In this document: one piece after another, positions 55,496 to 56,587 of the stretch | Layout: each line of letters starts with the position of its first letter | Position numbering within the stretch: the first letter of the stretch is position 1 | Source: a virus | Taxonomy: Duplodnaviria > Caudoviricetes | DNA: 56,587 bases | Virus record (IMG/VR): IMGVR_UViG_3300032092_000034 | Span: 1-56,587 of that record | Direction: 5' to 3' (one strand) | The notes under the pieces: generated by a model | Told to the model about the DNA's origin: nothing | The model's database searches: none | What the model saw: the letters and a program-made list of their open reading frames with translations, nothing else | Translations under genes and position numbers: made by a program

Positions 55496-55769
55496 CTCTT
55501 TTTTCCTTTTCAACTTGTCTACGCAGTTTTTCCATCTTCTCAATCTGCGCTTGAGCTTCTTTTTTGGTTTGCAATACGTCCATGTACAGCACCCCAATCA
55601 GTGGCAGCAACAATACTACAAGAACACAAGCTGCTATCCACCCCACAACTATCTCCCAATCTTGTACAAGAGGCCGAGGAGCAACCACATATATAGGAGG
55701 AATAGGATAGTCGCCAGCAGATACGCCTGCCTTTCTCTTAGGAGCCGCTCCTCTTCCTTGCGTTGCCAT
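55464..55769 (-). CDS. single-pass membrane protein of lysis cluster
   Basis: TM IVVGWIAACVLVVLLLPLIGVLY followed by coiled coil. Confidence 0.6.
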   Translation of the reverse strand: MATQGRGAAPKRKAGVSAGDYPIPPIYVVAPRPLVQDWEIVVGWIAACVLVVLLLPLIGVLYMDVLQTKKEAQAQIEKMEKLRRQVEKEKRDDSNSSVPPR

Positions 55770-56317
55770 GACTCATCATCCCGTTTCTTCCTTGCTTTGT
55801 CCTGCTCTATCTTGATGACATCCCGCATATCAAACACTTTGCTATACAAAGCCCCCATCTCTTTGGGAGCGCCGTACACCATTGCTTCTCTTATCTCCGT
55901 CTCTAACAACGCCATCTGGTCTTGAGCCATGACCCGCTTTAGGGCGGCTTCCATCAGGTTGGCATCAGGGTCGTAGACTGTCTTGCTTTTCTCTTCCTCT
56001 TCCCTTATGTGGTCGGCAAGCTGTTCTTGCAGTTTGAAAAATTGAGAAAGCTGAGTAACGATGTCTGCCATGACTTGGGTTTCGTCAACGGCAACGTAGG
56101 CTTCCTTCTTTTTCGCCACAGGCTTGGGGCTTGCGGTGGGCGCTGCTCCGAAAAGCTTTTGCCAGAAACTTCTGACTGCTTTGGCATCTGTAACAACTTC
56201 ATCAACAGTCTTCTTGATCTCCATGAAAGATGTTTTGGCATCTTTGTACAACTTGCATCCCTGCTTGATTGCGGCGACGCAGGCATTGGCGGCAAAGAGG
56301 ATGGAGATCGGGTCAAT
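55649..56317 (-). CDS. coiled-coil protein with C-terminal TM; probable ATT start
   Basis: Frame is open upstream of the listed TTG to ATT-GAC-CCG (IDPISILFAANACVAAIK); GAGG RBS; TAATT overlap. Confidence 0.65.
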   Translation of the reverse strand: MDPISILFAANACVAAIKQGCKLYKDAKTSFMEIKKTVDEVVTDAKAVRSFWQKLFGAAPTASPKPVAKKKEAYVAVDETQVMADIVTQLSQFFKLQEQLADHIREEEEKSKTVYDPDANLMEAALKRVMAQDQMALLETEIREAMVYGAPKEMGALYSKVFDMRDVIKIEQDKARKKRDDESWQRKEEERLLRERQAYLLATILFLLYMWLLLGLLYKIGR

Positions 56318-56587
56318 TATTTAGCCTCAAGCGCAGTGATTCGTGCTGTCAGGGCTGTGATGGTGCTAGATTGGGCATCTACCAATGCCTTGAGTTCTTG
56401 GATGGCGGCTGTTAATGTGGCAACCAAGAATGATGTGTCGATGCCTTGGTAAACAGGGCGAGTAGCCTCATTGCCGTCTTCGTCTGTGTATGTTTCAACA
56501 GCATCTTTCTCGCCATTAACGCAGTCAGGAACAACCTCTTGCAGTTCGTGAGCAATAAATCCTTGACTGCTTGAGCCGTCTACATTC
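56317..56587 (-). CDS. C-terminus of tail fibre with intramolecular chaperone (peptidase S74-like), truncated at window edge
   Basis: Translated by hand: QGFIAHELQEVVPDCV.GEKDAV...YQGIDTSFLVATLTAAIQEL...ITALEAK. Confidence 0.85.
   Translation of the reverse strand, partial: NVDGSSSQGFIAHELQEVVPDCVNGEKDAVETYTDEDGNEATRPVYQGIDTSFLVATLTAAIQELKALVDAQSSTITALTARITALEAK

Noticed and set aside
1-56587. Stop-codon reassignment, tRNA genes, introns or inteins
   Set aside because: Standard code gives dense, uninterrupted genes of expected size for terL, portal, MCP and PolA. No cloverleaf or splicing motifs were seen by eye; a tRNAscan run would confirm.

Overview
This window is most of the genome of a tailed dsDNA phage with a podovirus-like (P22/N4-style neck plus internal ejection proteins) structural kit. 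It is circularly permuted: both ends break inside the tail-fibre region. The minus strand carries packaging and head genes (terS, terL, portal, GroES-like, scaffold, major capsid; 17675->1) and lysis, tail and ejection genes (56587->40948). The plus strand (18053->40951) carries early and host-takeover genes, then replication genes (PolA, PD-(D/E)xK nuclease, SNF2 helicase, SSB-like protein, primase-helicase). I saw no integrase, RNA polymerase, tRNA or CRISPR array. Four features stand out. (1) An array of small genes between the head and neck genes has unrelated N-termini but a shared C-terminal peptide ([FM]xxGG-MTASSRADGCxTKGKTxGxx), whose xxGG core recurs in the ejection proteins; this is a candidate virion cargo-addressing system. 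(2) A canonical type I hammerhead ribozyme sits between two early genes. (3) Three copies of a structured 70-80 nt element bracket two paralogous early genes and lead into a TTCCAA-repeat, AT-rich locus. (4) There are two further structured-RNA leaders. All family assignments are from motif recognition, not database searches.
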